Virus record (IMG/VR): IMGVR_UViG_3300020045_019005
Span: 1-36,069 of that record
Strand: one strand, 5' to 3'
From: a virus
Lineage: Duplodnaviria > Caudoviricetes
Length of the DNA: 36,069 bases
Under the pieces are notes generated by a model that worked only from the letters and a program-made list of their open reading frames with translations, did no database searches and was not told the origin of the DNA. The position numbers and the translations under genes are program-made. Numbering within the stretch: the first letter of the stretch is position 1; each line of letters opens with the position of its first letter. Below, one piece after another: positions 35,322 through 36,069 of this stretch.

Positions 35322-35723
35322 ATGCGTGACCCGGCGACCACAATGCAAACTCTTTTACAAAAGCATTTCCCGAAATTTGGCGGAATTAGGAAGTACTGCA
35401 ATTATCAATCTCTCGAAAATCCGACATATGACCCGGATACGAAAACGGTGACAGCCGGGACGATATCGGCAAACGAATATCTGTGGATAATTTTTGATAG
35501 TTATTCACTTGTGTTGGTTGACGATGAATTAATTCTTGGGATAGATAAAAAAGCCATTTTCCCGGCACTTGATCTATCTGTAACACCGAAAATCAATGAT
35601 ATCATTGTTGATGGTGACCTCGAAATGTGGAATGTAATAGGGGTTTCCCCGGATCCTGCAGAGGCACACTATGAATTACATGTTCGACCATGTGGTGTTT
35701 ATGTTCCTCCGGTGGCCCCGTAA
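35322..35723 (+). CDS. Head closure / head-tail joining protein
   Basis: Position after the adaptor; YDP.T, I...DKK, PKIND.I and Y.L.VR. Confidence 0.7.
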   Translation: MRDPATTMQTLLQKHFPKFGGIRKYCNYQSLENPTYDPDTKTVTAGTISANEYLWIIFDSYSLVLVDDELILGIDKKAIFPALDLSVTPKINDIIVDGDLEMWNVIGVSPDPAEAHYELHVRPCGVYVPPVAP

Positions 35724-36069
35724 TGCAAAGGGTAAATACTGGCGCTCAATTGGGGGCAGCTTTGAGGATGGTTCGTAAAAACACCGAAGATGATTTTATG
35801 GAAATTCTTAAAAAGCTCACCTTTGATGCCATGCGAATGTTGATCAAAAAGAGCGCTGTTGATTCTGGGTTTTTAAGGTCAAGGTGGTCGATATCAGTCG
35901 ATGAGAAGCCGAGTGATACCCCAATTATTGGTGTTCGAACCTCGAAATATAGTGCTCAAAGTCCGGCAATTCCCGGCAATATTCGTGCAGGGTCGATTGT
36001 GATACTTTACAATAACACCGAATATGCAATTTATCTTGAAACTGGCACACCACGTATGAGTGCTCAACC
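35723..36069 (+). CDS. Neck / tail completion protein (HK97 gp10 family), truncated by the window end
   Basis: Hand translation MQRVNTG...SAVDSGFLRSRW...NNTEYAIYLETGTPRMSAQP; no stop before the end of the window. Confidence 0.85.
   Translation, partial: MQRVNTGAQLGAALRMVRKNTEDDFMEILKKLTFDAMRMLIKKSAVDSGFLRSRWSISVDEKPSDTPIIGVRTSKYSAQSPAIPGNIRAGSIVILYNNTEYAIYLETGTPRMSAQ

Noticed and set aside
1-36069. Genome-wide stop codon reassignment suggested by a few in-frame TGA/TAG
   Set aside because: Core genes are full length under the standard code and use TAA, TGA and TAG as stops with normal overlaps.

Overview
The window is a near-complete, circularly permuted genome (~36.1 kb) of a long-tailed dsDNA phage (siphovirus). 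It opens and closes in the head-tail joining region. Order: tail module (44-10282: terminator, tube, chaperones with a GGGAAAG -1 frameshift, tape measure, tip proteins, SGNH-esterase fibre); a lysis-like cluster with no recognisable endolysin (10315-11741); a leftward early operon (19321 down to ~11730: DUF2800-type nuclease, SSB, broken P-loop gene, clamp, family B DNA polymerase, ParB-like plus PAPS-reductase-like IbrB/IbrA pair); a 59-bp palindromic divergent control region; a rightward replication operon (SF2 helicase, VRR-NUC, TetR-like, primase-helicase); a palindrome-rich candidate origin; an accessory region; then packaging, head and neck genes. I saw no integrase, CI-type repressor, tRNA or CRISPR array. 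The most unusual signal is a small integron-like array at ~26281-26860: two degenerate attC-like hairpins plus a terminal half-site bracket two small ORFs that are inverted relative to normal cassettes, with no integron integrase in the window. The second is the IbrA/IbrB-like module, with an extra fused domain, coupled to the polymerase operon. All product calls come from motif recognition and gene order by eye, not from database searches.
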